A stretch of 64,000 bases of DNA from an uncultured virus (IMG/VR IMGVR_UViG_3300025003_000394) (IMGVR_UViG_3300025003_000394), one strand, 5' to 3'. Counted from the first letter of the stretch, positions 10,913-21,472 are shown. The notes: generated by a model not told the origin, from the sequence alone. Program-made: numbers and translations.

Positions 10913-10950
10913 TTTTTTAAGCTTTATGATTAAATTATAAAGCTTAAAAA
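10913..10950. terminator. Bidirectional intrinsic terminator
   Basis: TTTTTTAAGCTT...AAGCTTAAAAAA between convergent genes. Confidence 0.6.
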
Positions 10951-10961
10951 AAATAAAATAA

Positions 10962-11315
10962 TTATAATTGTTTTAATTTATTTGAATTAAAATGATAATC
11001 ATGATAAATAGTTAATAGTGCATTAATAAAGGCTGTGCTATTATCAAGATCTTCAAAGTTAAGAGCTAATGACTCTTCTCTAGATTCTTGAATTCTAACT
11101 TGAAACACTGGTCTTTGCTCATTTCCTACTTTTTTTTGATAAATGTTTTTAATGTTAGACATATCTAAGGTTAAAAGATCAATATCTCCCATAAAGTTAG
11201 AATATATAAAGATTTTATTTTTTTTAATCTTATAAAGAACTTCTTCAACTGTCTTTTTTTCGAAGTTTGTTACTTTAACAATAGGTATATAACCTATAAG
11301 GAAATTTTCAGTCAT
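10962..11315 (-). CDS. Hypothetical protein (one copy of a domain that is duplicated in the two neighbours)
   Basis: YKI....I.I motif shared with 11358 and 12013; GGAG RBS. Confidence 0.55.
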   Translation of the reverse strand: MTENFLIGYIPIVKVTNFEKKTVEEVLYKIKKNKIFIYSNFMGDIDLLTLDMSNIKNIYQKKVGNEQRPVFQVRIQESREESLALNFEDLDNSTAFINALLTIYHDYHFNSNKLKQL

Positions 11316-11357
11316 TGGTAATTCTCCATATTTAATGTTTGGTGTTTAATGTTTAAG

Positions 11358-11966
11358 TTAAATGGAAATAAGTTTATTTTTTTTGCATTTTTCGTTCTCA
11401 GCAATAATGTCTGGTATAATTGAATTTAGGGTGTCCGTTAAATTTCCATCTTTTATAATAATTGTGGTTTTTATATCTTCTGAATTAATTATATTTAATT
11501 TTGTACTACCATTATTAGATATCTCCTTTATATTATCGGTTCTAAAAAATAAATATTCTAAATTATTTAAATATGATTTAATTATAATTATTTCTGAATT
11601 TATTATTTTGTAAAAGAAAAAATGTCCTGAATCTGTATTGTAAGCACTTTTGAAGTTATTGGGGACTAATTGTATTTCTTTTTTTTGCAAGAAAATGTTA
11701 TTAAAATTAATGATGGCTTCAATAATGGATTGGGAATATTTTTCTTTTGTATTATAAGAGATTTCGTTTTGTCCATCAATTAATATGTAGGTTGTTTTTT
11801 GAAAGATATATGCATTGCGGATATTAAGCAGTGGAATTCTAAAGTAACTATATTTGCCTTGAAAAATATTGTAAATTGAAATAAAATTATTTGAAATATT
11901 ATAGGACAAAGAATTTAATTTATCTTCATTGTATACTGATATCATTGATGAATTATTATTCGTCAT
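11358..11966 (-). CDS. Hypothetical protein with internal duplication, KLISI tail
   Basis: Paralog of 12013..12645. Confidence 0.6.
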   Translation of the reverse strand: MTNNNSSMISVYNEDKLNSLSYNISNNFISIYNIFQGKYSYFRIPLLNIRNAYIFQKTTYILIDGQNEISYNTKEKYSQSIIEAIINFNNIFLQKKEIQLVPNNFKSAYNTDSGHFFFYKIINSEIIIIKSYLNNLEYLFFRTDNIKEISNNGSTKLNIINSEDIKTTIIIKDGNLTDTLNSIIPDIIAENEKCKKNKLISI

Positions 11967-12012
11967 TTTTTATTATTTTCCTTAGTAAATAAGTTTTGTT
12001 TTTGCATGTCGA

Positions 12013-12645
12013 TTAAATTGATATAATGTTCTTACTAATATTGTCATTATGATTATACAAGAATAAAAGATTTGTAATGGAATTTAATGTTTTTTGTGTA
12101 TATTGGGGAAGAATAGTGATCGTATGTTTTTTATCATTAATATATTCAATGTTTATTTCACCAAAATTTTTGGATGAAATACTTTGAACTTTATTTAAGT
12201 CAATGGAGATATATTGACTAAGTTTCCTATAATATTTTATAATTATGAGTTTTGATTTAATTATAATGTATGAAAAAAAAGATTCTTTACTTTCATTGAA
12301 TGAGAAATTAAAATAATCATTTATATAATCATAAGTATTGAAATCTTTTTTTATTTTTTTATTATTTTTGTAAGTAAGTAATGTGGCAATAATAATATTT
12401 ATAGCAAATATAATTTTATTTTTTGGAACAGCATAGGTGATAGTATCGAAATTTGAATTTGAAATACAAATATCATCTTGGTCATTTGTGATAACATTTA
12501 TGATAGAGCAAATTTTTATCTTATGATAATAAGAAAACCCATTATTTTTACCTAAAATGATAATATATTTATTATCAATTTTATAAGCCAATGAATTTCC
12601 GCACTCAAGATCATGGCTGTCAGTTATTTCTATAATGTTACTCAT
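12013..12645 (-). CDS. Hypothetical protein with internal duplication, NIISI tail
   Basis: Paralog of 11358..11966. Confidence 0.6.
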   Translation of the reverse strand: MSNIIEITDSHDLECGNSLAYKIDNKYIIILGKNNGFSYYHKIKICSIINVITNDQDDICISNSNFDTITYAVPKNKIIFAINIIIATLLTYKNNKKIKKDFNTYDYINDYFNFSFNESKESFFSYIIIKSKLIIIKYYRKLSQYISIDLNKVQSISSKNFGEINIEYINDKKHTITILPQYTQKTLNSITNLLFLYNHNDNISKNIISI

Positions 12646-12663
12646 AAATTATTATCTTCCTTA

Positions 12664-13974
12664 CTAAATAAAGTCTTTCATGTTGTGTTTAGGTGAATCT
12701 TTGGGAATATAGGTTGTATGATGACGAGGCGTTAAAATCCAGTGCCAAAGTTTCCCTTTTTCAGGTTTAAAATAATCCCCATCGCCATCGGATAATACAA
12801 ATATGGCGTCAGGGTGTTTTGATTCAGATGTGAGTTTATTGATATGGTTATTGAGAATTCTAAAAGAAGTCCCACCAGAACCTCTTATTTTTCCTGATTT
12901 AATATCAATAGGGTATAAGTATGTGTCAAAGGAGTAGGCTTCGATATCAAATACTTCTTCTGGGATAGATTGTAGCATAGAAACAAATCGTTGTGCATGA
13001 CTAAAACAAGAGCCAGAAGCATCTAGGAAGAAAACGAGCTTATATTTTTGTTTTTCTGGAACAAGTGTTTCCCAATCTCCTTGGATCATAAGATCATCGG
13101 ATAAACAAGTGTGCTTCCTGTCACGTTGAATCCAAGAAGGTTTATTTACATAATGCATTTTTAAAATACTTTTTATATGATTTTGGACAATACTTTCCCA
13201 TTTTTTATTTTTTCTAACATTATTGATCGTAATCCTAATGTAACTACCAATAGGGATAGTGCCTGCACCACTTAATTTAGAGTCTGTAATCTCATTTTGC
13301 ATTTTATTAGAAAGTTCTATTTTTTCCTCATCTGAAATCTGATTATCAATAGTTTCTTTGAATATCTGGCTTGCCTCAGTAGAATATTCAGACATTTGGT
13401 CAATAAAATCTTGTAGATCTGGGTCTAAATCTTTGGTGTTGCAGTGTTGATCAACAGTTTCCTTGTCTTGATTAAAGTTATTTTGAATAAGTAAGTTATA
13501 ATAATATTTAAAAGAACCTAATTTATTAATATTTAAATCAGCAATTGTATTGAGATCAAAAAGAGTATCAACAAAACAAAGATTTTTCCAATTTTGAATA
13601 GTTTCTTTGTGGAAGCCGAATCCACTCACTAAAAGCTCGTTAATAACAATATCTTGTGCAATATTAACCAGTTCCTGATCGCTGCACTCCTGACCACGTT
13701 TTCCGTGATTTAAAACAACATGTAGGCACTCATGAGCAATAACAAAGAGTTTATTGTTGATATCAAGTGAATTCCAAAAATCTGGATTAATAATCATGTA
13801 AATGACATCACCTTGTCGATCAAATCCTACCGCAGCAGTTGAAATTTTAGTAGTAAAAATAGGTGTACCTATCTTCCAGAAAGTTTGAAAGATAGTGTGA
13901 TGTTGAGCAAGAAGGTTAGTTAATTCAATTTCTTCTTCATAGCTCATTTTAATTATTTGATGATTTTCTTGCAT
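12664..13974 (-). CDS. HExxH metallopeptidase-like + vWA domain protein (DUF2201-like)
   Basis: AHECLH, NIAQDIVIN; vWA DASGS, GSGGTSF, LSDG. Confidence 0.85.
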   Translation of the reverse strand: MQENHQIIKMSYEEEIELTNLLAQHHTIFQTFWKIGTPIFTTKISTAAVGFDRQGDVIYMIINPDFWNSLDINNKLFVIAHECLHVVLNHGKRGQECSDQELVNIAQDIVINELLVSGFGFHKETIQNWKNLCFVDTLFDLNTIADLNINKLGSFKYYYNLLIQNNFNQDKETVDQHCNTKDLDPDLQDFIDQMSEYSTEASQIFKETIDNQISDEEKIELSNKMQNEITDSKLSGAGTIPIGSYIRITINNVRKNKKWESIVQNHIKSILKMHYVNKPSWIQRDRKHTCLSDDLMIQGDWETLVPEKQKYKLVFFLDASGSCFSHAQRFVSMLQSIPEEVFDIEAYSFDTYLYPIDIKSGKIRGSGGTSFRILNNHINKLTSESKHPDAIFVLSDGDGDYFKPEKGKLWHWILTPRHHTTYIPKDSPKHNMKDFI

Positions 13975-15233
13975 TAAAATGCTCCATAAACTTTATGAAA
14001 ATCATATTCTGAAATAATAGGGATAGAAAGATTCTGAGCCTTAATTACTTTTGAAGATGGGCTTTTAACGTCATTCGCATTAATAATAAACTGAGTTTTT
14101 TTAGTGACAGTATTTGTAACGAATGCACCAATTCGTGATAGTAGTGTTTCGATATCACCCTGAGTGTTACCATTACTATAATTTAATGAGAATTTACCAG
14201 TAAGAACAACAGTTTTTCCTTGAAGGTTCAATGCGGCAGAGTTGCTTAACGAATAAATAAGCTCTTTAATTACTGCCTCAAAAGGTTGTGAGAATGTTGA
14301 TTCAACTTCTGTTTTAATTTCACTGGGGACGTTTTTGCAACTTCTAATTTCTTTTAGCCATTCAAGATCTTTTGTAATAACTTGATTCATTATGTAATCT
14401 TGTGGAATGTATTGAATAACCTTATCTAGTTCTTTTAGGATATAGGATTTGAATTTTGAGATATTACCTAAATTCTTAAAAAACAATGACTTTTCTTCTG
14501 GTAATAATGTTGCAAAGTTTTTCCATTCATCATCAAGTGAAACAGATTGAATACGCTGAATAAGATTGGAAATATTGCTTTGAATAGGGAGTACGTGTTT
14601 TAAGTCTCCACCAACCTGATAGATTTCAATAGAATTGTCAAGTAATCGTGGAGAAATAGAATACCGTAGATCTTCTGAAAGAGAAGTCCACCACTCAATA
14701 AATGGTTGTGAACTAAAACCATATTTATTTTTAAAATATTGTTTATCTAATTGGTATGGCATGTCAATTTTAATCGGGAAACGATCTAATTGTGCAGGAT
14801 CGATTTCTTCAACATCATAAGTGCCTTCTTCATTATGAGGGTTAATGGCAGCCCAAACAACTTTTAGGTTATTAAATTTACGTCCGTTGATTGACTTAAA
14901 TTGGATAAGTTCCATTACGGCATTTCTGACCTTAATTGGAGATCGGTTATACTCATCAAAGAAAATAGCCTCAACATTATCATCGGCAAAACGTGCTGGT
15001 GGAATAAGTTTTAATACATCAGTGCCATCTTCGCGAGTAACAGCCTTTGGAACACCAATGAGATCAACCCAAGCATCCATTGTGGATGCTGAAAAATAAA
15101 CCCAACGATCACCAAAGTTATTATTAAAAATAGTTTTAATAATTTCAGTTTTACCTGTTCCATGTCTGCCTTTAAGTAAAACATTGAAATTGTTTTTTGC
15201 ATAAAGGTTGAGTAGGTTCATATCTAAAAGCAT
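13974..15233 (-). CDS. MoxR-like AAA+ ATPase with C-terminal BRCT domain
   Basis: Walker A GRHGTGKT, Walker B FFDEYNR, AAINP, DPAQLDRF; tail LQGKTVVLTGKF..VTKKT..SSKVIKAQNLSIPIISE is BRCT-like; coupled to the vWA gene. Confidence 0.85.
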   Translation of the reverse strand: MLLDMNLLNLYAKNNFNVLLKGRHGTGKTEIIKTIFNNNFGDRWVYFSASTMDAWVDLIGVPKAVTREDGTDVLKLIPPARFADDNVEAIFFDEYNRSPIKVRNAVMELIQFKSINGRKFNNLKVVWAAINPHNEEGTYDVEEIDPAQLDRFPIKIDMPYQLDKQYFKNKYGFSSQPFIEWWTSLSEDLRYSISPRLLDNSIEIYQVGGDLKHVLPIQSNISNLIQRIQSVSLDDEWKNFATLLPEEKSLFFKNLGNISKFKSYILKELDKVIQYIPQDYIMNQVITKDLEWLKEIRSCKNVPSEIKTEVESTFSQPFEAVIKELIYSLSNSAALNLQGKTVVLTGKFSLNYSNGNTQGDIETLLSRIGAFVTNTVTKKTQFIINANDVKSPSSKVIKAQNLSIPIISEYDFHKVYGAF

Positions 15234-15366
15234 TAAGGATTCTCCAAGTTATATATTTATTTTCAATAAGCTATTATACTTTATTGTAAGGTAATATACA
15301 AGTAATTTATTATTATTATTATTGATATTTATGGGAAAAATATATAAAAATTGATATAAAATAGGC

Positions 15367-15444
15367 AAAAAAAAATCTTCAAAATAAATGAAGATTTTTT
15401 TAAAACTGTGAGAGTTTTATTTATCCCCTTACCCCTAAGAGAAC
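15367..15444 (-). ncRNA. Candidate ~78-nt small RNA
   Basis: Minus-strand TTGACA-17-GATAAT promoter, short G-rich ORF-less transcript, terminator at 15367-15401. Confidence 0.45.
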
Positions 15445-15450
15445 AAGCTT

Positions 15451-15479
15451 ATTATCTCAAAAAATTTTGGATTTGTCAA
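15451..15479 (-). promoter_or_regulatory. Sigma70-type promoter
   Basis: TTGACA (15479-15474), 17 nt, GATAAT (15456-15451). Confidence 0.65.
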
Positions 15480-15708
15480 TGTTTTTTTTGTATTTATCAA
15501 ATAAAAGAAATCATATAAAACAATAAGTTAGGTTATTGATCTATAAATAATCGTATATAAAACATGCAGTAATAAGGAAGTGTTACATAACTTAATATAT
15601 AAGAATTGATATAAAAAAGTATACTATTTTTGATAATAAAAATTGACATAATATAGGTAATTACATATAATGATTAAATGAAATGATTGTGTAAAAAGGA
15701 ATAATATA

Positions 15709-16146
15709 ATGAGTAAAACCATGAGTGAGAGACTAGCGGAAGCATTGGCTAAAATGGACGAACCTGAATTTATAGAGAAAAGGAAAGCTTATTTTAAAGA
15801 AGAAGAAAGGAAGCAAAAATTATCTATTGATTTTTTTGAAACCTTAGAATTTAAAAAAGTATTTAACAAAATTATTGAAATGGACAATAATAGTATATCA
15901 AATCATGATGTTGATTATTCTGAGGATAATGCATTAACAAGGGATGAGTTTTACAAAATACACGGCTGTGTATTTTTAGTGAAAAGAGACGAATCTAAAG
16001 ATGTAACTGATGATTTCGAAGAAGTAGTGATTAATTATAGAGGTGTATTATTTGGAATGTTATTTGGACAAGGAACACTAAGTTATATAAGTAAAACAAG
16101 TGAAATAAGTAAATTTTTGATTCAAGATAAACTTGATAAATTTTAA
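15709..16146 (+). CDS. Hypothetical protein family member 1 of 3, KLDKF tail
   Basis: Shared FFET.EF.K.FN, F.KIH, Y.G..FG, YI.KT motifs. Confidence 0.7.
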   Translation: MSKTMSERLAEALAKMDEPEFIEKRKAYFKEEERKQKLSIDFFETLEFKKVFNKIIEMDNNSISNHDVDYSEDNALTRDEFYKIHGCVFLVKRDESKDVTDDFEEVVINYRGVLFGMLFGQGTLSYISKTSEISKFLIQDKLDKF

Positions 16147-16162
16147 TAAATAGGATAAAAAT

Positions 16163-16621
16163 ATGTATGTAGTAGATTCTTTAAAATCAAAAAAAATAAA
16201 TAATGACTACATTAATATAAGAGACGTAAATATATTATTAAATAATAAAAATGAAGAATATTTTAAGATAGCAAAAGATGCTGCGTTCTTTGAAACAGAA
16301 GAGTTTAAAAAAACATTTAATGATTTAAAAAATTTAGACACAGATTATATATCAGAAATGTATTTTAGAGGAAAATCAAAAGTAGGAGAAATAACTAAAT
16401 ATAAGTTCTTTAAAATACATGATAGTATTTTTGCAGCAAATCGTAAAGATGTGATTTGTAGTTATTTTAAATCATTAAATGGAGATAAATACATTAAGAA
16501 AACTATAATATATAAAGGCTTTGAATTTGGGTATATAAAAGGAGATCTACCTACTACGTATATTAGAAAAACAAAGGATTTTAATAAAATTTTACTGCAA
16601 GAAAAAATATCCTTATTTTAA
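16163..16621 (+). CDS. Hypothetical protein family member 2 of 3, KISLF tail
   Basis: Same motifs as neighbours. Confidence 0.7.
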   Translation: MYVVDSLKSKKINNDYINIRDVNILLNNKNEEYFKIAKDAAFFETEEFKKTFNDLKNLDTDYISEMYFRGKSKVGEITKYKFFKIHDSIFAANRKDVICSYFKSLNGDKYIKKTIIYKGFEFGYIKGDLPTTYIRKTKDFNKILLQEKISLF

Positions 16622-16659
16622 TCTTAATTTTATAAAAACAATGAGTAGAGGAATTTAAA

Positions 16660-17175
16660 GTGTCAAAAAAAACCAACTCAAGCAACATAGATTTTGAATC
16701 ACTTTCTCAGTCAATGAGACGTATTAAAAAACATATAGAAAGTAATGAATTTCATAATAATATTTTAAAAGAAATTGAAGATAATGACAATAAATTACTT
16801 GAAGATATTAAATTTTTTGAAACAAAAGAATTTTATAAAATATTTAATAAAATAAAGAACATGGAGAAGGATTATTTGTCAGACATAAAGTTTGGGTATG
16901 ATGCAGGTTTAATCTTCAATGAAGATATTAATTCAGAATGTTTATTGGCTAGTGATTTCTATAAAATTCATGATAGTGTTTGCGCTGTAAAACAAGACGA
17001 ATTAATCACAAATAAGGATAAAATGTTAAAGGGGTACCCTTATTTAAGAATTAAAGTAGTATATCGAGGACTGGATTTTGGTCGAAATGAAGGTCATACA
17101 CCTATAAGATATATAAGGAAAACAAAGAATTTTAAGCAAATAATGTTGCAAGAGAAGTTGGGTAAGTTTTTGTAA
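16660..17175 (+). CDS. Hypothetical protein family member 3 of 3, KLGKFL tail
   Basis: Same motifs; GTG start with GAGG RBS. Confidence 0.7.
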   Translation: MSKKTNSSNIDFESLSQSMRRIKKHIESNEFHNNILKEIEDNDNKLLEDIKFFETKEFYKIFNKIKNMEKDYLSDIKFGYDAGLIFNEDINSECLLASDFYKIHDSVCAVKQDELITNKDKMLKGYPYLRIKVVYRGLDFGRNEGHTPIRYIRKTKNFKQIMLQEKLGKFL

Positions 17176-17244
17176 AAAATCGAATTTACACGCTATAACC
17201 GTTTAAAACAAAACTACACGATATAGCGGGTATTTTAGCTGAGT

Positions 17245-17712
17245 TTACATTGATTGAAGTTTTATTTGCACTTCTATATTAATTAGTTTTTCATATAAAA
17301 AACTCTTATCTTTTCTTAATTTGTCTCTAACAGGCTTATTTTTAAATACAAGTAATTGAAATTTGGTACCAAAGAGGGATAGTCTACTTGTTTGACAGTA
17401 CTTTGAAGGAATATTAATAATCTCATTATTATTAACTGACAGATCAATAGGAAGAGAAGATTGTAAAATTAAGTTAATGTAATCGAGCTTTTCTAACTCA
17501 AAAATTATATAAAAAAGAGAGACGCAATTACTATAATCAAATTCAATATTGTTGATAAAAAACTCAAAAACATCTTGTCTGTCTTCATTAATGATAACTT
17601 CGCAAAAAAAATGGAATTGGGCATATGTTATATTGGAGAATAAATGAGTTAGTTGCTGTAATTCATTAAGTGGAATAGTTTTCAATCTTTTTAACATTAA
17701 ACTAAATGACAT
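17245..17712 (-). CDS. Ankyrin-related hypothetical protein
   Basis: IDLSVNNNEII and V...L.....LY..LI...VQ.K tail similar to 19396 and 20220; start uncertain. Confidence 0.5.
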   Translation of the reverse strand: MSFSLMLKRLKTIPLNELQQLTHLFSNITYAQFHFFCEVIINEDRQDVFEFFINNIEFDYSNCVSLFYIIFELEKLDYINLILQSSLPIDLSVNNNEIINIPSKYCQTSRLSLFGTKFQLLVFKNKPVRDKLRKDKSFLYEKLINIEVQIKLQSM

Positions 17713-17775
17713 TGGTTTTTCCCAAAAAAAAGTATTAATGATAATACCTTTTTTATGAAGTTTGGTCAAGTTTAA

Positions 17776-18693
17776 TTATTTTATTTTTAAAATAGATTTA
17801 TGTTTTGTGTCAGAAAAAAATTTTGTACTATATGAGAATTCTTCTCTCCAAGAGGCATCATCTATTTTGACTATTTTTTTATGTTTAATAATCGCACTCT
17901 TAATATCAATAAATTTAGGATCAGAAATAAGATATTCAGGCTTATTAAGTACTGTTCCTTCTCCATTGTAGATCACCATATCATAACCTTTTTTAAGGGC
18001 ATCTTTTGCTAGTTCTCTATTATTCGTCCTAAGTATATTTTCAACTTCTATTTGACTAATTAATATTTTAGGCTCTGGTATGCACTCTGTAAAACCGAGA
18101 GATTGTAAATATTCAATATTAGATAATGAAATAGGCTCTATGTGTTGATTAAAAATATTGACTAAATTAGTAGAAACATTAGTTCGGTCTTCAAAATTAT
18201 TGTACTCAACATTGTGGAGTGTATCAATAAATGAATTAATATCAAAAGAGTGCTTTTGTTCAAACATTGATAGTTTCTCAAAAAATAATATACTAGATTC
18301 ATCTTCATTTTCAGCACCAAGTTCTTTTTGGAGATCTATAAAGATATCATCCCAAGCATTATGGCCTTTTAAAATAAGTTGTTCAGTAAAATAATAGAGT
18401 TTATCTCCAAAATCAATATCTTTTGAAAAATAATCTTTAGCTTCACGAAGAAATGTTTCTTTGTGAAAACATTGGTTTCTTGCGGCTTCTGCATATAACC
18501 AAGCGACTTCAGTGTTGTCAGTATAGCTAATCCAATCACCTTGATATTGATTATTAAGTGAGGTTCTGCATTCCTTAGTTGAATGTTCTGTAAACTTTCG
18601 GTTTGTTCCATGAAGTAGTGTGAATGATTGCTTTGCACTAACTTTTTCTTGCTCTATGTTTTTTTTTGTTAAAAAGTCATCAATATTATCCAT
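17776..18693 (-). CDS. Putative ADP-ribosyltransferase-like protein
   Basis: LLHGT...G.WISYTD..EVA..YA and GYDMVIY...EYLISDP resemble H-Y-E class ART motifs, split by an insert. Confidence 0.45.
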   Translation of the reverse strand: MDNIDDFLTKKNIEQEKVSAKQSFTLLHGTNRKFTEHSTKECRTSLNNQYQGDWISYTDNTEVAWLYAEAARNQCFHKETFLREAKDYFSKDIDFGDKLYYFTEQLILKGHNAWDDIFIDLQKELGAENEDESSILFFEKLSMFEQKHSFDINSFIDTLHNVEYNNFEDRTNVSTNLVNIFNQHIEPISLSNIEYLQSLGFTECIPEPKILISQIEVENILRTNNRELAKDALKKGYDMVIYNGEGTVLNKPEYLISDPKFIDIKSAIIKHKKIVKIDDASWREEFSYSTKFFSDTKHKSILKIK

Positions 18694-18765
18694 TAATAAA
18701 TCCTTTTATATTATTTTGATAATATCATTATAGCATGGAAGGGAAATTTTTAATGCATAGTTAGG

Positions 18766-19371
18766 TTAAAAGCTATTAATTTTTTTACTCATTAATATTT
18801 TTATTGAGTCAATATGGGACATTTCTGAATATTCAATGCCGTGAAGGAAAAATTTTGGTTTCATAATATTTTGGTCTTGATATATTTCTAAATTATGTTT
18901 AGGCCGAACAGCGGGAGCTAAATAAGTTAAATCAGTTTCGTTACTAATGCGATAGCAGCGGTCTTCTCTATGTAATTTTCCGTCTAAGTAAAATTTTAGA
19001 TAACCATTTAGCGTGACGATCATCAATTTTGTGTCATTTTTTTTGTTTTGATACATAATTCTAATTTTAAACTCACCTATTTCAGCAAAAATAATAGACA
19101 TGCAAAGGTAAACTGGCGACAAGTTTTTATTTCTGAATTTTGAGATGAATAAGTTTATTGGGTAAAAAAATAATTGATCAATAAATTTTGCTAAATGTTC
19201 AAAAAAGTATTTTGCATTGTAGTAATTATGAGTAAGCCTATCTTCGATAAAATTGTTTTTTAGTTTTTGGCTTGATTTACCATAATGAAGTATTTCTTTT
19301 GGAAGTAGACGGAATGATTGAAAAAATCCAATTAAAAAATATAATGTCAACAATATTTTAAAAGTATTCAT
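18766..19371 (-). CDS. Hypothetical protein with LHRED..PA motif, KINSF tail
   Basis: FYLDGKLHRED...PAV...FFLHGIEY; N-terminal hydrophobic segment. Confidence 0.6.
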   Translation of the reverse strand: MNTFKILLTLYFLIGFFQSFRLLPKEILHYGKSSQKLKNNFIEDRLTHNYYNAKYFFEHLAKFIDQLFFYPINLFISKFRNKNLSPVYLCMSIIFAEIGEFKIRIMYQNKKNDTKLMIVTLNGYLKFYLDGKLHREDRCYRISNETDLTYLAPAVRPKHNLEIYQDQNIMKPKFFLHGIEYSEMSHIDSIKILMSKKINSF

Positions 19372-19395
19372 TTTTTTATCCTTTATGTTAACTAA

Positions 19396-20121
19396 TTATT
19401 GGAATTGACTTATTTTTTCTTGTACATCAACTTTTATAAGATCACTATATAGTTCTGGATAATCTTGCCTTAATGTATTTTTTACACAGGTTTCGTTCCA
19501 AAAAAGTTTTATCGTTTCTTGGCAATTTAAAGATTTTGCTAATATAATGGCTTGATTATTATTGATGTTGGCATTAAATATTTTGCTATTAATAATTATT
19601 TCTAGCATATCGATATGATTATTTGAAAAAAAATCTTTATTTTTTAATACTAAAAGAAAAGGATTGAAGTATTCACTGTATGTAAAATCCTTGCTTAGTA
19701 AAAGTTGAATAGATTGCTTACAACCTATTCCACATGCTGAAATAAAAAAGGCTGTTCCATTAGTCGGATAATTTAAAAACTTAAATAACACATTAATAGA
19801 GTTAATACTTCTAGATCTTAAAGCTGACATTAATGCTGAATGAATGTTTAATGTAGTCTGGAAGTGTGGTTCTTTTAGTAATAAAGTTAATATTTCAGAA
19901 TAATCAATTCTTGCAGCTAATGACAATAATATTTGATAATGAAGGGTGGCTATGAATTTTTGTTTAAAATAAAGATTAATAAAATCAATATTATTATTTT
20001 TGATGGCTTGGGAAAGGCAATAAGTATGTAGAGAAGGAAGATCTTTTATAAGTTCTAACACTGTTAAGTGCTTGCTGTTTTTTAAAGCAATAAGGATGGC
20101 TTCTTTCAATTTGTCTTCCAT
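19396..20121 (-). CDS. Ankyrin-like repeat protein
   Basis: Close paralog of 20220..20939 (YP.NGT, FTY...FNPF, FWNE.CVK.TL). Confidence 0.7.
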   Translation of the reverse strand: MEDKLKEAILIALKNSKHLTVLELIKDLPSLHTYCLSQAIKNNNIDFINLYFKQKFIATLHYQILLSLAARIDYSEILTLLLKEPHFQTTLNIHSALMSALRSRSINSINVLFKFLNYPTNGTAFFISACGIGCKQSIQLLLSKDFTYSEYFNPFLLVLKNKDFFSNNHIDMLEIIINSKIFNANINNNQAIILAKSLNCQETIKLFWNETCVKNTLRQDYPELYSDLIKVDVQEKISQFQ

Positions 20122-20219
20122 TGTTTTTTTTCCAAGATTAAGTTGCTTTAATTTAATAATTCATTATATCAAAATAAGCATTAAATGTAAATAAAAATAA
20201 TAGATTTTAAAGAAAAAAA

Positions 20220-20939
20220 TTATAAAAACTGATTTATTTTACGCTGTATATCTAGTTTTATAAAACATCTATATAGTTCTGGACAATCGTTCATTAATGT
20301 ACTTTTTACGCAGGCTTCATTCCAGAACATTTTTATCACATCTTGATTATTAAAGAACTGTGCGCTCTTAAATGCTTCATTGTTATTCATACTGAGATTA
20401 AAAACATTGAAGAGATGATGTAAAACTTCAGTATATTTATAATAGAAAAAATATTCATTATGTAAAAGCATGTAAAAAGGATTAAAATCTTTATCATATG
20501 TAAAATTTCTACTCAATAAAATATTAATAGAATCGGTATATTTAGTAGAGCAGGCTTGACGTAGTAGAGAAGTCCCATTAAAAGGGTATTCCACAAAACC
20601 TAATAATACATTAAGGCAAGCAATATTATTAGAGTCAATAGCCGTTATTAATGCTGCTTGGAAATTTTCTTTAGTATTAAATAAAGTTTGATTTAATAAT
20701 AATGTTAAAATTTCTGGGCTTGAAGTTCTTGCAGAGAATGATAATAGGTAATAATAATCAAGATCTACTGCAAGATTTTGCTTTAAATAGAAATCAATAA
20801 AGCCAATATTTTTTACGCCAATAGCATATCGAAAAAAGAAAGAGTGGAGTGACACTGAATCATTAATAAGGCTTAATACTAATGGATAATTATTATCTTT
20901 TAAGGCAACAATAATATCGTCTTTTAATTTTTCGTTCAT
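20220..20939 (-). CDS. Ankyrin-like repeat protein
   Basis: Paralog of 19396..20121; upstream region also duplicated. Confidence 0.7.
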   Translation of the reverse strand: MNEKLKDDIIVALKDNNYPLVLSLINDSVSLHSFFFRYAIGVKNIGFIDFYLKQNLAVDLDYYYLLSFSARTSSPEILTLLLNQTLFNTKENFQAALITAIDSNNIACLNVLLGFVEYPFNGTSLLRQACSTKYTDSINILLSRNFTYDKDFNPFYMLLHNEYFFYYKYTEVLHHLFNVFNLSMNNNEAFKSAQFFNNQDVIKMFWNEACVKSTLMNDCPELYRCFIKLDIQRKINQFL

Positions 20940-21050
20940 TATTTTACCTAAGATTAAGTGGCTTTAATTTAATAATTCACTATATCAAAATAAAAATATT
21001 TTGTAAAGTAATTAGTCAGTATATTTTAAATAATATTTTTTATAACTTTA

Positions 21051-21410
21051 TTATTCGAAATAAGAAATTTTTTCTTTTAATTTAAGTAGCTCAATGTACT
21101 CTTCGATAGTCATCTTATATTCTTTAGTAATTCTTTTTTTTGTGCCATCGTAAAGTTCATTAACATTTGTAAATTTTATTTCGTCTGAACTATAATTTTG
21201 CTCGAAGTAAATGAAAGAGAAGGATTTGCTATTACGATTATAAGCAAAAAAAACACAATTAATATACTCTACTGAACCATAAGGTGTAATATCTTCCCAG
21301 TAAGAGAGAAATATAGGCTTATCATAATGCGAATTTTTAAAAAAAAGGTTAATTGATTCATTATTTGATTTATTAAGTTTATCGATATTAAGTTCTATGT
21401 AGTTACTCAT
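21051..21410 (-). CDS. Hypothetical protein, KISYFE tail
   Basis: 119-aa ORF with AGGA RBS. Confidence 0.55.
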   Translation of the reverse strand: MSNYIELNIDKLNKSNNESINLFFKNSHYDKPIFLSYWEDITPYGSVEYINCVFFAYNRNSKSFSFIYFEQNYSSDEIKFTNVNELYDGTKKRITKEYKMTIEEYIELLKLKEKISYFE

Positions 21411-21472
21411 ATTTTTTTCCTATGGGATCTTTTCAATGAGTTATTGTATCAAAATTAGCTTAAAAGGTAAAG

